This document shows, piece after piece, positions 25,889-40,084 of a DNA stretch of 64,000 nt. The stretch spans positions 1 to 64,000 of the forward strand of contig MNCI01002803.1 in the NCBI GenBank assembly GCA_015680685.1, given 5' to 3'. Every line of letters begins with the position of its first letter. The stretch's first letter is position 1. The notes beneath the pieces are model-generated. The model had not been told where the DNA came from. It saw nothing but the letters and a program-made list of their open reading frames with translations, and searched no databases. This DNA is from Gnetum montanum. Lineage: Eukaryota; Plantae; Gnetophyta. Both the position numbers and the translations under genes were made by a program.

Positions 25889-27250
25889 TGTTGATGCCAA
25901 CATTGCCCATGCTAGGCATGGAGCCAAAACTTATTGATCTAATCACTAGGGTATGGTTTCACAATTTGAATAGGGATGCTTTCAATGGGAGGTACCATGT
26001 AACCTTTAAATTATTATCATCTATTAATAGAACCCCCTCTCCTTACAACGATGACCTCCTATTTATAGTTCATTTTTTGGTTTTGATCCTCCCCTTTCTG
26101 CTAAAATGATTTCTCCTAATTATATTTCGCTTCACTTCTACTTAAAGCATTATTATATGTATAATAGGAAATACAAGCAATATTTAAGGGGTTGTTATAA
26201 GAACTAGATGATGGTATATATCACCAACATAAAAAAAAATTTATAGAACTTAATTAGAATTTTTCGAACATATTATCCAATGAAATTAAACCCATAACTT
26301 AACCTTTCTAAATCAAACATTTAGATTTGGCACTAGCCCAAATTTTTAAAAAATTTATTTAACCTTAGGATTCTATGTACCTAGACTTAAGTCACGTCAA
26401 GGCCTCACTACAATGGGGCAATGTTGGCATAAGCTACCCACGCAAAACCCCTATGCTAAATATTTCTAAATTTAGATTTATATTCCATATAAGAGAGATG
26501 CTCCTCTTGGCATTGTAGAAATTGTCAGGAGATCATATCCATTTGAAATAACATTTAGCATCTCTAAGAAGTTGCAAGGTGAAGTTTGTTAACTCTCAGG
26601 GGGTTTTTATAGCTTAGAGTTCTAATATATCTTCCTCTTAGTCCTTGAAGTTAACTTTCACTTTCAAGAGCATATCAATGAAAGATATGGATGGTGCATA
26701 TTATTCTTACTTAGATAAACAACTTGAAGATATGTTGGATGAAGAATTAAAAATAGGAGCTGAAGCTGTAAATTTGGATTCAAACATAATAATAGACATT
26801 ACTAAAAATATTAATGGCCCATCAAATAAGAAGCTAGCTAGCATGGCAGCAGGCGTTCCATGGGAGTCATGGCAGTGGTGGGTAATGTGGGCAATGTAGG
26901 TAACTGACGTGCAAGTGGTGGCAAAGGTGGATGTAATTGACGATGGTGGATGTGGGCGAGTGGCAAACGTGGACATTCATAATAGCAAAGGGGAGTGGAT
27001 TATAAGAGGAGAAGTAGTCAACAGGAAAAATGGGAGGACATCATCGGAGGTCTCCCACTCACTTACAGTGGATGGTAGTCAAAGGTAGCAATGCAAGGCA
27101 TTGGACGGTAGACAATGGTAGCATGTAGGGATGACAATCATCTCTCAGCCTTCCCTTCTCCCATTAGTAGGCATGTCAACAATGACATGCTAACAATGTG
27201 CGCTTGGTGGGTGGTCAATGGGAGATGAGAGGAAAACTTATGCATCAACA
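25889..27250 (+). mobile_element. 3' LTR of a plus-orientation Tat-type element (internally deleted), with PPT
   Basis: tttgggggctaaa then tgttgatgccaac; 25852-25916 is the reverse complement of 44231-44293; ends ttatgcatcaaca at 27250 like the LTR ends at 33051 and 39065. Confidence 0.72.
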
Positions 27251-28309
27251 GTGTTAAGCTAGGTCCTAGAGGCTTATTTGGAGGGAATATATTGAGTGGG
27301 GATGTTCTAAAGCATTAATACCCATTGATATTTCATTGTGGTTGGTGGAGAGATTTGAAAAATGCTTGACAACAATATGTGAGTTGATTGGCAGTAAAAC
27401 ACATTATAGTAGTGTAAGGTATTGCACCCAAGTGTCTATGGTAAATGACCAAGATACTTTTCTTTCCATTCAAACATTGTGGACTGAGTCTTGTACTATA
27501 AGGTATAGCTCTACCCTTAAACATTTTACTATTAATCTTGGCTTAAACCTAACTTTTATACTAATAATTTTACTTTATGCACTAGTAATATGGATACTAA
27601 TCTACTTTATGCTCAACCCAATTAATTTTTACATTAAAAGGTTGATATTAGTGGAAAATGTGTATTGTATTGGAGAGTAGCATGGTAGTACTTTACATAA
27701 TGCTAGCATTCAGTCATGGCTTTGCATCATGTTGAGGTACATGTACTCAATTGACAAAAGTTTTTAGCACAAGAGCACATTGAAACTAAAATGATGTATT
27801 CAATATTAATGTTAGGATTTTTAACCTTTGTACATTGAGGAAAACATTTGACTTTCATAACCATCAAAATTTTGTTTTAATTTGACATTGTATGTTCTAC
27901 GGGCCTCCAACATCACATGGTTTTTGCCACTGGTCAAACATAAGAGTTTATGTCCATGGCACTGAAGATTCAAAACAATGCTTCATAGTAGATTTGAAAA
28001 TATGTGATGAAAGCTAACATGCACTAATAATGTGTATTAACTCACCAACCCAAAACATGTATCAACTGTAAAAGAATTAATATTAAATGACCTCCCATCA
28101 TGGTTGGTGGATAGATGATTTGAAAAATGCATAACAAAAAGATGTGAGTTGACTGGCTGTAAAACACATTATAGTAGTGCTAGGTACTGAAATTCCAATG
28201 ACGTGACTTCCAGCAAGCAAATGCTACCCATGGTGTTGGATTTCACATAGGTAATTGAAATTTCACCACTTGATGTTGATGCATGGCCTTTTACCTCTTT
28301 CTAATATAA

Positions 28310-30270
28310 TCATGAATGATCTACATAATAATTAGTAGCAATGTTCAAGATGATTTTCTCCTTGTCCATTCAAAATAATTTTATCCTTTAAATGCATATC
28401 TTAATTTCATTGGGAGCATTCCATACATAATAATCCAAAATGTGAACATGTGAAAACTAAAATTAAAACTACCTCTAGATGTACCAAATAGTAGAAGTAA
28501 TACTCTTGTAATCTCCATTAGTTAGGTGCACTTCCAACTAGAGGTCTTTCTCTCTTTTATAGGTAAAACATCAATTAGAACTATGTTTGCAGAATTGTTC
28601 CAAACTCTATTCTCTAGAACTTGCAGCCATGGCCAAAGGTAGTGAGTTTAGGATCAATATTGATTTGCGTGTAATGCATAGAAAATCAACCTCAGATCTC
28701 ACAAACACAAGGCCCTAGGATAATCCACGCAATGAGAAGAGGGATTGAAAAACAATCCTCAAGCATTTGTTCATAAACTTCAAGGTTGTGTAGGTCCTCT
28801 TCGAACCGAAATCCAAAGATACTAGTCTTAAGACATTTAAGTTTTCTATAGATTTTTTAATTTTGGGCATGGTTTTCCTTCTCAAATCATGCTTTTCTTA
28901 CAAAAAAAAGAGGCCCAATGATCACTTTCATCCCTTGTTGGATTATAGGGCATTAGACACATGTGGGTCATGTTGTAAGTAATGATTTTTTTAAACTTGA
29001 GAATCAGATTCCATTGCCTATCCTTTTAAATCTTGTCACATGCAAAGGTATGCTTGAATGCACACCTTCCTCTAGAGAAATTTTTGAATGGTTTGATTTT
29101 AAATTGATTATTGAATTATTTCTAATCAAAGTGGGGCATGAGAATCTATGGACCAAAACCATGAAAGAACCTTAGCACAGACACTTAATAGAATGTGTTC
29201 ATGGTTGCATAGTGGATTCCAATCATTGAAGTGAGTTCTTATTACTATTTACAAATATACCTTATTTAATTTCATTCACCAAAAGAACTAAGGGTACTAG
29301 CTATCATTCAATTTATTATCAAATTTTAATTTTATCAACTATATTTTGTTACTTTTGCTAGTTTTAATCTTTCTTTACCTTTTAAAGAAATTGCAAATAA
29401 ACAATCATATATAAAGAAACTTATGCAACTAAGACTGACCTTATTTCTGTGTGATGAGATGATGATGATTCTTTGCTTACTCAAAATTCCTTTTAAATTT
29501 GAAATAAAAAAGCTTTTTTTTACAAATAATGAAGGGATGTAGGAATCAGTTCACTAAGTTTATAGTCAACATTCCTATGGACTCCCAAAAAAGGATAAAA
29601 AATTTCTGGAAATGCTGCATTGAAAAATGTAGTTTCGGAAAACGCAAATAGGAGAAACAAGATTAAAGGAAATAGAAGAAGAAATATACCTAAGTAATTC
29701 CAACAGCAAAAGAGCTAGAGAAGGTAGGAATTTCTATCCATGTGTCATCCAATAAACTTTGGTTTTAAAGAAGAGAAGTTTTGTCAAAAGGATCATCTGC
29801 ATCTTCCCAAGGTAGTGTTAGACAACAATAGTGATGTGATGTTGAGAAACATGATGGCATATGAGGAATTTTGCGTTAAACCTAGTGAAAGATTATTTAA
29901 TAAGTACATGGTCCTCATGACCAATTTGATCTAGACTCACACCGACATGGCTGTTCTCATCAATCAAGGCATTATACAAAATTTACTTGAGAACAATGAG
30001 AGTGTTACTTATCTTTTCAATGACCTCAACAAGTTTGTTACAGTAGACAAAGTCCTCGAGATAGACAAATAGAATGTGAAAAGAGTAAGGGCATATTACA
30101 ATAGCTTGCTAAGAGTCATGCTTAATGATTTCATTCATACTAATTTTGCAAATCCATGGTATACTTGTACAACCATTACTGCATTCACTATACTTGTTTG
30201 TATTGGTGTTAATATAATAAATAATAATTACATTAACTATGCAACTTATAATTTTCATGTACTATTTTGA
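28310..30270 (+). pseudogene. DUF247 (UPF0481) family pseudogene, copy 1
   Basis: LISLGAFH (28401-28424), DFFKLENQIP, HLIECVH, IPTAKELEKVG, LHLPKVVLD..MLRNMMAYEE, GIIQNLL..LFNDL, FANPW + hydrophobic tail; in-frame stops; probable introns. 5' limit uncertain. Confidence 0.88.
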
Positions 30271-33200
30271 GCAATTGTTGGGCTTCTCTCAATAGAAAAG
30301 CTTGTGTTCTAAAATCAACATGTTCAATGTCCAATTTTTATGGGAAATAGATCTATTAAGGCTAATAGAATACTAGAGAGTTGGACTTTTTACTGAAATT
30401 CTTTTCAAGAATTTTAATATTTATTTCTATTGGTAATTGTTGATGTGTAAATTTTGGACACATTAACACTCAAAAACTCATTTAGGAAGACTATTGCCTA
30501 GGGTGCCTCCTGTATGGGTACAAAAACCCAGGAATAGTCTTAGTTGGAGAGGGCTATGTGATGTTAAATAGTTAAATGACCTTAGATTAGGGCACTCAAA
30601 AGAAATAATAACTATTTGAGAAAAGAAATATTTTAAGGTAATATAAATAAAAGACTACAATGGAATTTAATTGAAATGAGCACAAGATCTGGTTGCTTTG
30701 GCCAAGGTAAGGTTGCCTTCGCTAGTTAATCTACATGTGTTTTTACATCACAACTGGGGGGGAGGAGGAGGTAACTATGACGGTGATGATGGCACTGGTG
30801 TTGTTTTTTGTCATTACTCTCTACATCATTGTCTTTGGTGGCACCCACTCCTAGGCAGAAGACCCTGCTATTATAGGGATGAAGTACTATGCACTGCCAT
30901 TCATGTTGTTTACCATGGCTTGCAGCTGCTGATGCATGTTGTCATCATTGACGCATGTTGTTGTTCTTGCCATTGACCACCACATGTCACTACTATCCAC
31001 CACTAACTATGACACACATGTTGGTATCCATGGTTAATCGCCATGCACATGTTGCTGTTCACTGCTGATATACGTGCATGCTAGTGTTGAGCTGCTAGTG
31101 CCATGCACACAGTAATGTTTATTTGCTGGTGCTCTTGCATGCTATTGTCATTGATGATGCAAACTATCATTGCTAACACCAACTCCTATTACCATCATTA
31201 ACTACCATGCACTACTATTGTTTATTGCTGATGCACGTGCACACTACCGTTGGTTACGTCCATCTACCAGTTGACCACTCACTACCATGCACTTGCCAAG
31301 CATTAGCTGAGAGAGGCTAAGAGTGATCCCCCTAAAATATCTACATTTTGTTGCTACCACTCCTTTTATAAGCTGCTTTGATCAATGTCTTTAAATGCCC
31401 ATGTTCACACATTTACCACCATCACAACATTGCCCACATTCATGCATTCACCACCACCACCATGTCACCCACGTTTGCATGTTGCCACTACTATAACATC
31501 CATGAAGATCATGCCAAGTTTGAAGAAAATGTCGATGTGATCTGGCCTTGAAATGACACATAAACTATCATTCTAATGTTTCTTTGTTGTGGAGACTATG
31601 CACCCATTTGTGATTCCTTCATGAAAATAATAGTTATTTATGAAAAAGGATAGAAAGTGAGGCCTAAGCCCTGTATTATATTTGTGGCAAGATGAGGATG
31701 TTGATGTTGCATCATTCTACCATGATGCTAGAGCAAGAAAATAAATTAACAATGAATTTTACTATGAGTGTTCCCAGAGAGGCGTCATTGCCATAGTGCA
31801 AGTTGAGATTTATTTATTAATGGTACACATTTTTTAGCATGCTTGCAGTGTAGCTACCATAGCAAGCTAGAAGGAACATGGGCCACACACAACAGAAGTA
31901 GAGGCACTACTTTTTGTTGTTGAAGCATGATATGGGATGATGATGATGATGGATAAAGGTGTTGAGCCCTTAACATCAATCGTGGTGGTGGTGGGCAACA
32001 TGGGTGACGTGGGTAATTGACGTGCAAGCGGTGGCAGAGCTAGGCATAATTGATGATGGTGGATGTGGATGAGTGGTGAACGTGGGCATTCATAATAGTG
32101 GCATGAAGCAACTTATAAGAGGGGAAGTGATTGGTAGGAAAAATGGAAGGACATCACTAGAGGTCTCTTGCTCATAGGCAATAGATAGTAGCCAGAAGAT
32201 GGTAGCGCATGATGTTAAATGGCAAAAAAGAACGACACATAGGAATGATGATCATCTCTTGGCCTTCCCTACTTCCATTAGTAGGCATGTCAATAGCGGT
32301 GCATGAACAACTTGTGCATGGTGAGCAATTAGTGGGAGATGAAAGTAGGGCCTCTCTCTCCCAGTAGTCAGTGGAAAAATGGTGTTTGTGGTAGTAGCAT
32401 CCATGATAGCTCCTAGTGGCTGTAGTATGCACATGCATTAGCAGGTGCATGGTAGTTAACTACTAATGATGAGCAAGTATGAATAGTGATGGCAATGATG
32501 AATGTAGGTAGCGCATGGTGATGTTGCAAGTGGTGTGATGCGATGAGCATGGTGTGTAACAACAACATGTGAACAATGGCAGATGAAGGTAACTAGTGGT
32601 AGGCACAATAGATGGTAGCATGCATCAAAGGCATAGATAACCATGGTAGCAGTATGAGCTAGCAGTAGTGATGGGCAATAAGAGCCCATTGACAACGGTA
32701 ATAACAATGGAAGACAATGCATGATAGAGACAAGAACGACATGTGACACTAGGGGGTTGTGGACCTCTCTCTCCCAATGAGCATAACCAGCAGCGATGAC
32801 AATGTGTTCCTGTGTAGCCTGTTTTGTTTTCTTCTTTTTTTCTTGTTGTAGTAGGGTTTTCTATCCAGTAGTTGGCATGACCCATAGCAACAATGCTGCA
32901 AGTAGTTCCATTTAATCGTTTAATATCACATAGCCCTCCCCAGTTGAGACTATTCCTAGGTTTTTGTATCCATACAAGAGGTGCCCTAGGCAATAGTCTC
33001 CCTAAAAAAAATTTTCTAGGTGTTGATGTGTCCAAAATTTATGCATCAATAGTTTTAAGTAGATCCAAGAGGCTTATTTGGAGGGAATATATTGAGTGGG
33101 GATTTTCTAAAGCATTAACACCTACCAACGTTTCATTGTGGTTGGTGGAGAGATTTGAAAAATGCTTGACAAAAAGATGTGAGTCGATTGGCAGTAAAAC

Positions 33201-34119
33201 ACATTATAGCAATGTAAGTTACTGCATTCAAGTGTCTAAGGTAAATGACCAGGATAATTATCTTTCTGTTTAAACATTATGGGTTGATTCCTGTAATGTA
33301 AGGCATAGCTATACCATTAAACATTGTACTATTAATCTTGGCTTAGACCTAACTTTTATACTAATAATTTTACTTTATACACTAGTAATCTGGGTATTAA
33401 TCTACTTTATGCTCAACCCATTTCATTTTTATATTAAAAGGTTGATATTAGTGGAAAATGTGCATTGTATTGGAGAGTAGCATGGTAGGGCCCTTTTCGC
33501 AACTTTACATAATGCTAGCATTTAGTTACCGCTTTGTGCTAGGTTGAGGTATGTGTATTTGGTTGACAAAATTTTGTAGCACAATAGCATGATCGAAAGT
33601 GAAATGACATATTTAGTATTAATGTTAGGATTTTTAACGTTGTACATTGAGGAAAAATTTTGACTTTCATAACAATTAAAATTTTGTTTTGATTTGACAT
33701 TGCAAGTTCTACAGGACTCCAACATTACATGGTTTTTGCTACCAATCAAAAATAAGAGTTTCTTTTTGTGGCACTAGGGATTCAAGATATTGCTTCATAG
33801 TAGATTTGAAAATAAATGATCAAAGCTAACATGCATCAACAATGTGTATTAACTTACCAACCCAAAATGTGTATCAACTATAAAAGCATTAATATCTAGC
33901 TACTTCCCATCGTGGTTGGTAGATAGACAATTTGAAAAATGTGTAACAAACAGATGTGAGTTGACTGATAGTAAAATATATGATAGTAGTGTTAGGTACT
34001 AGAATTCCAATGACATGACTTCCACCAAGAAGATGCTACCCATGGTGTTGGATTTCACATAGGTAATTGATATTTCATTGCTTGATGTTGATGCACAACC
34101 TTTTACCTCTTTTTGATAT

Positions 34120-36139
34120 AACCATGAATGATCTAGATAATAACTAGTAGTAGTATTCAAGATGATTTTATTCTCATCCATTCAAAATAATTTTATCCTT
34201 TAAATGCATATCTTAATTTCATTAGGAGCATTCTATGCATAATAATCCAAAGTGTGAACTCATGAAAATTGAAACTGAAACTACCTCTAGATGTACTAGA
34301 TAGTAGAAGTAACACTCTTGCAATTTCCATCTATTAGCCATTCTTGTAAATAGAGATCTTTCTCTCTTTTACAGATAAGACATCAATTAGAACTATGTTT
34401 GTAGAATCATTTCAAAATCTATTCTCTAGAACTTGTAGCCATGACCAAAGGTAGGGAGTTTAGGATCAATATTGATTTTCTTACAATGCATAACAAATCA
34501 ACCTTAGATCTTACAAACACAAGGCCCTGCAATGATCCATGTGGTGAGAGAAGGAATTGAAAAACAATCCTCAATCATTTGTTCATAAAATCTAAGGTTT
34601 TTTAAGTCTTCTTCAAATCAAAATCCAAAGATACTACTCTCAAGACATTTAAGTTTGTTGCAAATGTGTTCATTTTGGATGTAGTTTTCCTTGTCAAATT
34701 ATGCTTTTCTTACAATGAAAAGAAGCCCAATGATCACTTGCATCCCTTGTTGGATTACAAGGCATTAGACATGTGTGGGTCATGTTGTAAGTCATGATTT
34801 GTTTAAACTTGAGAATCAGATTCCATTACCTATTCTTTTGAATCTCATCACATGCAAAGCTATGTTTGAATGCACACCTTCCTCTAGAGACATTTCTGAA
34901 TGGTTTGATTTTAAATTGATCATTGGATTATTTCTAATCAAAGTGGGACATGAGAATCTATGGATTGTAATCATGAAAGACCCTTAGCCTAGACACTTGA
35001 TAGAATGTGTGCATGGTTGCATAGTGGATTCCAATCATTGAAGTGATTTCTTCTTATTACTATTTACATATATACCTTCTTTAATTTCATTCATCAAAAG
35101 AACCAAGGGTACTAGCTATCATTCAATTTATTATCAAATTTTAATTTTTTCAATGGTATTTTCTTACTTTTGCTAGTTTTAATCTTTCTTTACCTTTTAA
35201 AGAAATTGCAAATAAATAATCATATATAAAGAAACTTATGCAACCAAGACCAAGCTTATTTTTGCATGATAAGATGATGATGATTCTTTGCTTACTCAAA
35301 ATTCCTTTTAAATTTGAAATAAAAAAGCTTTTTTTACAAATAATGAATGAATGAAATAATTAGTCTGCTAATTTTATAGCGATCAATCTTGGGGATTCCC
35401 AAGGGAGGATCAAAGAATTCTAGAAATGCTACATTGAAAAATGCAATTTAGGAAAAGACAAATAGGAGAAACAAGATCAAAGAAAATAGAAAAAGAAAAT
35501 ATAACTAAGTAATTCCAAAAGCTAAAGAGCTGGAGAAGGTAAGAATTTCTATCCATGTGTCATCCAATAAAATTTGGTTTATAGAAGAGGGCCTTTGTTT
35601 GAAGGGTTATTTGAATCTTCCCAAGGTAGTGTTAGATGACAACAATGAAGTCATGTTGAGAAACATGATGGCATATAAGGAATTATGAGTTAAACCCAGT
35701 GAAATATTCTTTAATAGGTACATGGTCCTCATGACCAATTTAATCCAGGCCCACATAGACACAACTATTTTGATCAAGGAAGGCATTATACATAATTCAC
35801 TTGAAAACAATGAGAGTGTTGTCCATCTTTTCAACAACCTCAAAAAGTTTATTATAGTAGACAAAATTCTCAAGATCAATGAGTAGATTGTGAAAAGAGT
35901 AAGGGAATATTACAGTAGCTTGCTAAGAGTCATGCTTAATGATTTCATTCATACTAATTTAGCAAATCCATGGTATACTTGCGCAACCATTACTGCATTC
36001 TTCATACTTGTTTGTATAGTTGTTTAGAATATTTATGCAATATTATAATTGTTTAGAAGTGCTTGTTTGTATTGGGATTAATGTAATATATAATAATTAC
36101 ATTAACTATGAAACCTATATTTTTCATGTACCTTTTTGA
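34120..36139 (+). pseudogene. DUF247 family pseudogene, copy 2
   Basis: DLFKLENQIP, MLRNMMAY, NPW; colinear with copy 1; stops. Confidence 0.88.
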
Positions 36140-37869
36140 GTAGTTGTTGTGCTTCTATCAACAGAAGAGCTTGTGTTCTAAAATCAACATGTCCAATGTC
36201 CAATTTTTATGGGAAATAGATCTACTAAGGCTAATAGAAGACTAGAGAATTGAACTTTTTACAAAAATTATTTTCAAGCATTTTTAATATTCATTTCCAT
36301 TGATAATTGTTGATGCATAAATTTTGGACACATTAACCATTCAAAACTCATTTAGGGAGACTACTGCCTAGGCTGCCTTCCATATGGGTATAGAAACCCA
36401 AGAATAGTCTTAGTTGGAGAGGGTTATGTGACATTAAATGGTTAAATGACCTTAGATTATGGCACTTGAAAGAAATAACAACTATTTGAGAAAAGAAACC
36501 TTTTAAGATAATATAAATAAAAGACTAAAATGGAATTTAGCTCAAATGAGCACATGATTTGGTTGCATTGGCCAAGCTATGGGCACCTACGCTGGTTGGT
36601 CTGCATGTGTTTCCTCATCATCACCAATGAAGGAGGAGGAGGTGATAGTGACACTGGCATCATTCATTGTCATTTCTTGCAGCATCTTTGCCATTGGTGG
36701 TGTTCATTGTTAGGTAGAAAACCTTATTGCTATAGGGACGAACTGCTGCACGCTATCATTCACCATCACAAACCACTACTAAAGCATGCTACCATTGTTG
36801 ATGCATGTTGTTGCCATCATTGTTGACTACCATGCATTGCTATTGTCTACTACAGATTGCCATGTGCACATTACTATCCATGGTTGACCACCATGCACAC
36901 ATTATTATTAAGCTGTAGGCACCATGCGCACACAACTGTTGAGCTGCCACTGCTATTGTGTGCTATTATCATTGATGACTTACATCGTCATTGCTAATGC
37001 CAACTCTTGCTGCCATAGTTGATGACCATGCACCGCTACTATTTGCTACTGATGCATGCACATACTATCGTTTGTTACACCCACCTACCAACCGACTGCT
37101 CACAAACACATGCCTATAGATCACTGGCTATGAGAGGGTGAGAGAGATCCCCCTAAGATCTCTCCATTTTGCTATTGCCACTTCTTTTATAAGCTACTTT
37201 GATCAATGCCTTTAAATGCCCATGTTTGCATGTTTACCAAAACCACCATGTCACCCATGTTTGCATGTCCACCACCATGACCACATCACTGATGTTTGCA
37301 TGTCGTTGTCGTTGTAACATTTGTGAAGATTAGGCTAAGTTTGAAGAAAATGTGAATGTGATCTAGCCCTAAAATGACACAAACTATCATTTTGATGTTG
37401 CTTTGCTATGGAGACTATGCACCTATTTGATATTCCTTAGTGAAAATAATAATTATTTTTTGATAGGGTGGAAAGCCAGGCCTAAGCCCTATATTGTATT
37501 TGTGGTAGGATGAGGATGTTGATGTTGCCATCATTCTACCATGATGTTGGAGCAAGAAAACAGATTAACAATGAATTTTACTATGAGAATTCCCAAAGAG
37601 GCATCATTTCCATAGTGTAGATTGAGATTTATTTATTGATGGTGCATGCTTTTGAGCATGCTTATAGTGTAGCTACCTTGGCTAGCTAGAAGGAACATGG
37701 GCCATAGACAATAGAAGCAGAGGCACTACTTGTTGCTATGGAAGCATGATATGGGATGATGATGGATAAAGGTGTTAAGCATTAAACACAACTTCATAGA
37801 ATATTAAGAAGAGGTAGTTTAAAAAAATGAACATAATCCAATAAAACATATTCTTATTAATGCAAAGGC

Positions 37870-37874
<5 letters not shown>

Positions 37875-37915
<41 letters not shown>
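37875..37915. repeat. (CT)n microsatellite inside Tat LTR copy
   Basis: Perfect CT run; homologous sites at ~43855 (short) and 55008-55064 (long). Confidence 0.95.
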
Positions 37916-37918
<3 letters not shown>

Positions 37919-40084
37919 GTTTTTTACCTTCTTTTTATTTTGCTATGAGAGAATACCATATCAAAATGTCACCAACCAATACTTGTGATTTTTCTTTATG
38001 CCTAGCCCTTGACATCAATCGTGATGGACATGGATGAGTGGTGATAATGGGCATTCATAACAGTGGCAAGGAGCATTTGATAAGAGGGGAAGTGGTTAGC
38101 AGGCAAGATGAAAGGACATCATTGAATATCTTCCGCTCAATGGCAACAAACGATAGTCAGAAGGTGGTAGCATGCTGCGTCAAACAATAGACAATAGCGA
38201 TGCATGAGAAAAAGGATAATCTCTTAACCTATCCTTCTTCTATTAATAGGCACATCAACAATGGTGCACGAATAGCGTGCACATGATAGACAATCAATGA
38301 GAGATGAAAGTAAGGCCTCTCTCTTCTAGCAATTAGAAAGAAAGAAACATCTATGATGATAGCATTTGTGGTAGCTCTTAGTGGTTACAGCATGTGCATG
38401 TATTAGCAAGTGTATCGTAGTCAGCTACTGATAATGATTAGGCATCAACAACAATGGCAATGATGAATGCAAGTAGTATGCAATGACGTTGTAGGTGGAA
38501 GAAGGTAGCAAGCATGGCACGCAATGGCAGCACACAAACAATAGAAGATGAGGATAAGCAATGGTAGGTGTGTTAGATGGCAGTGTGCATCAAAGGCATG
38601 GTCAATGATGGTAGTGGTGTGAGCTAGTAGCAGTTGGTGGGCAATAGGAGCCCGTGGATGATGGCAAGCATGGTAGATGGTGGTCCATGATAAAGACTCA
38701 AATAGCAAGTGACCTTGGGGGTTGTGGACCTTTCCATTTGGGTCGGCATAACTAGTAGTGGTAGCAACACATTCCTGCATAACAGGTTTTGTTTTCTTCT
38801 TTTTTTCTTGTAGAAGTAGGGTTTTTTTTCCCTGTAGTGGGTGCCACCGACAATAACAACATTGTGAGTAGGAGAGAACAACGATGAACAATGGGAGAAT
38901 GATGAAAAAGGGGTAGGACCCTCATTTAATTATTTAACATCACATAGCCCTCCCCAACTGAGACTCTTCCTAGGTTTTTGTACCCATATGAGAGGCACCC
39001 TAGTCGATAGTCTCCCTAAACATGTATTTTTGGGTATTTATGTTTTCAAAATTTACACATCAATAATGTTAAGTTGGGTCCCAAAGGCTTATTTAGGAGG
39101 AATATATTAAGTGGGGATGTTGTAAATCATTAATACCCACCAAATTTTGATTGTGATTGGTGGAGAGATTTGAAAAATGCTTGACAAAAAGATGTGAGTT
39201 GTTGGCAATAAAACACATTATAGCAATGTAAGGTGTTGTACCTTAGTGTCTAAGGTAAATGGCCAAGATACTTTTCTTTCCATGCAAACATTGTGGATTG
39301 AGTCTTGTATTGTAAGGTACAACTATACCCTTAAACATTGTACTATTAATCTAGGTAGTAATCTACTTTATGCTCAACCCATTTAATTTTTACATTAAAA
39401 GGTTGATATTAGTGGAAAATGTGTATTGTACTAGAGAGCAGCATGGTAGCACCATTTTTGCAACTTTACATATTGCCAACATTTAGTCATGGCTTTGTGT
39501 TGGGCTGAGGTATGTGTACTTAGTTGACAAAATGTTTTAGCACAAGAGCATAATTGAAAGCAAAATGACATATTCAATATTAATGTTAGGATTTTTAACC
39601 TTTTTACGTTGATGAAAAACTTGATTTTCATAACCATTGAAATTTTGTTTTGATTTGACATTGAAGGTTCTATAGGCCTCTGACATTACATGGTTTTTTT
39701 TTTCTAATAAAAAATAAGAGTTTTTTTCTGTGGCACTAAATATTTAAAATAATGCTTCACAATAGATTTGAAAATATGTGATCAAAGCTAACATGCACTG
39801 ACAACATGTATTAACTCACCAACCTAAAATGTATATCAACTGTAAAAGCATTAATATCCAACAACCTCCCATTGTGGTTAGTGGATAGATGATTTGAAAA
39901 ATGCGTAACAAAAAGATATGACTTGACTAGCAATAAAACACATTATAGTAGTGTTAGGTACTAGAATTCCAATGATGTGACTTCCTCCAAGCAGATGATA
40001 CCCATGGTGTTAGATTTCACATAGGTAATTGAAATTTCATTGCTTGATGTTGATGCATGGCCTTTTAGCTCTTTCTAATATAAT

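Noticed and set aside
29160-29230. Shared DUF247 stops rescued by U-to-C RNA editing
   Set aside because: Such editing is organellar; copies also have frameshifts and private stops.
30438-33051. Apparent TIR element or Pack-MULE with ~140-bp inverted ends
   Set aside because: Ends are 3' termini of two Tat LTRs; flanks differ (gtaat versus gtttt), so no TSD; structure is explained by the duplication junction.
30698-38891. His/Cys-rich short ORFs suggesting metal-binding peptides
   Set aside because: They arise from CAC/CAT/TGC-rich decayed LTR sequence and frames are not conserved between copies.
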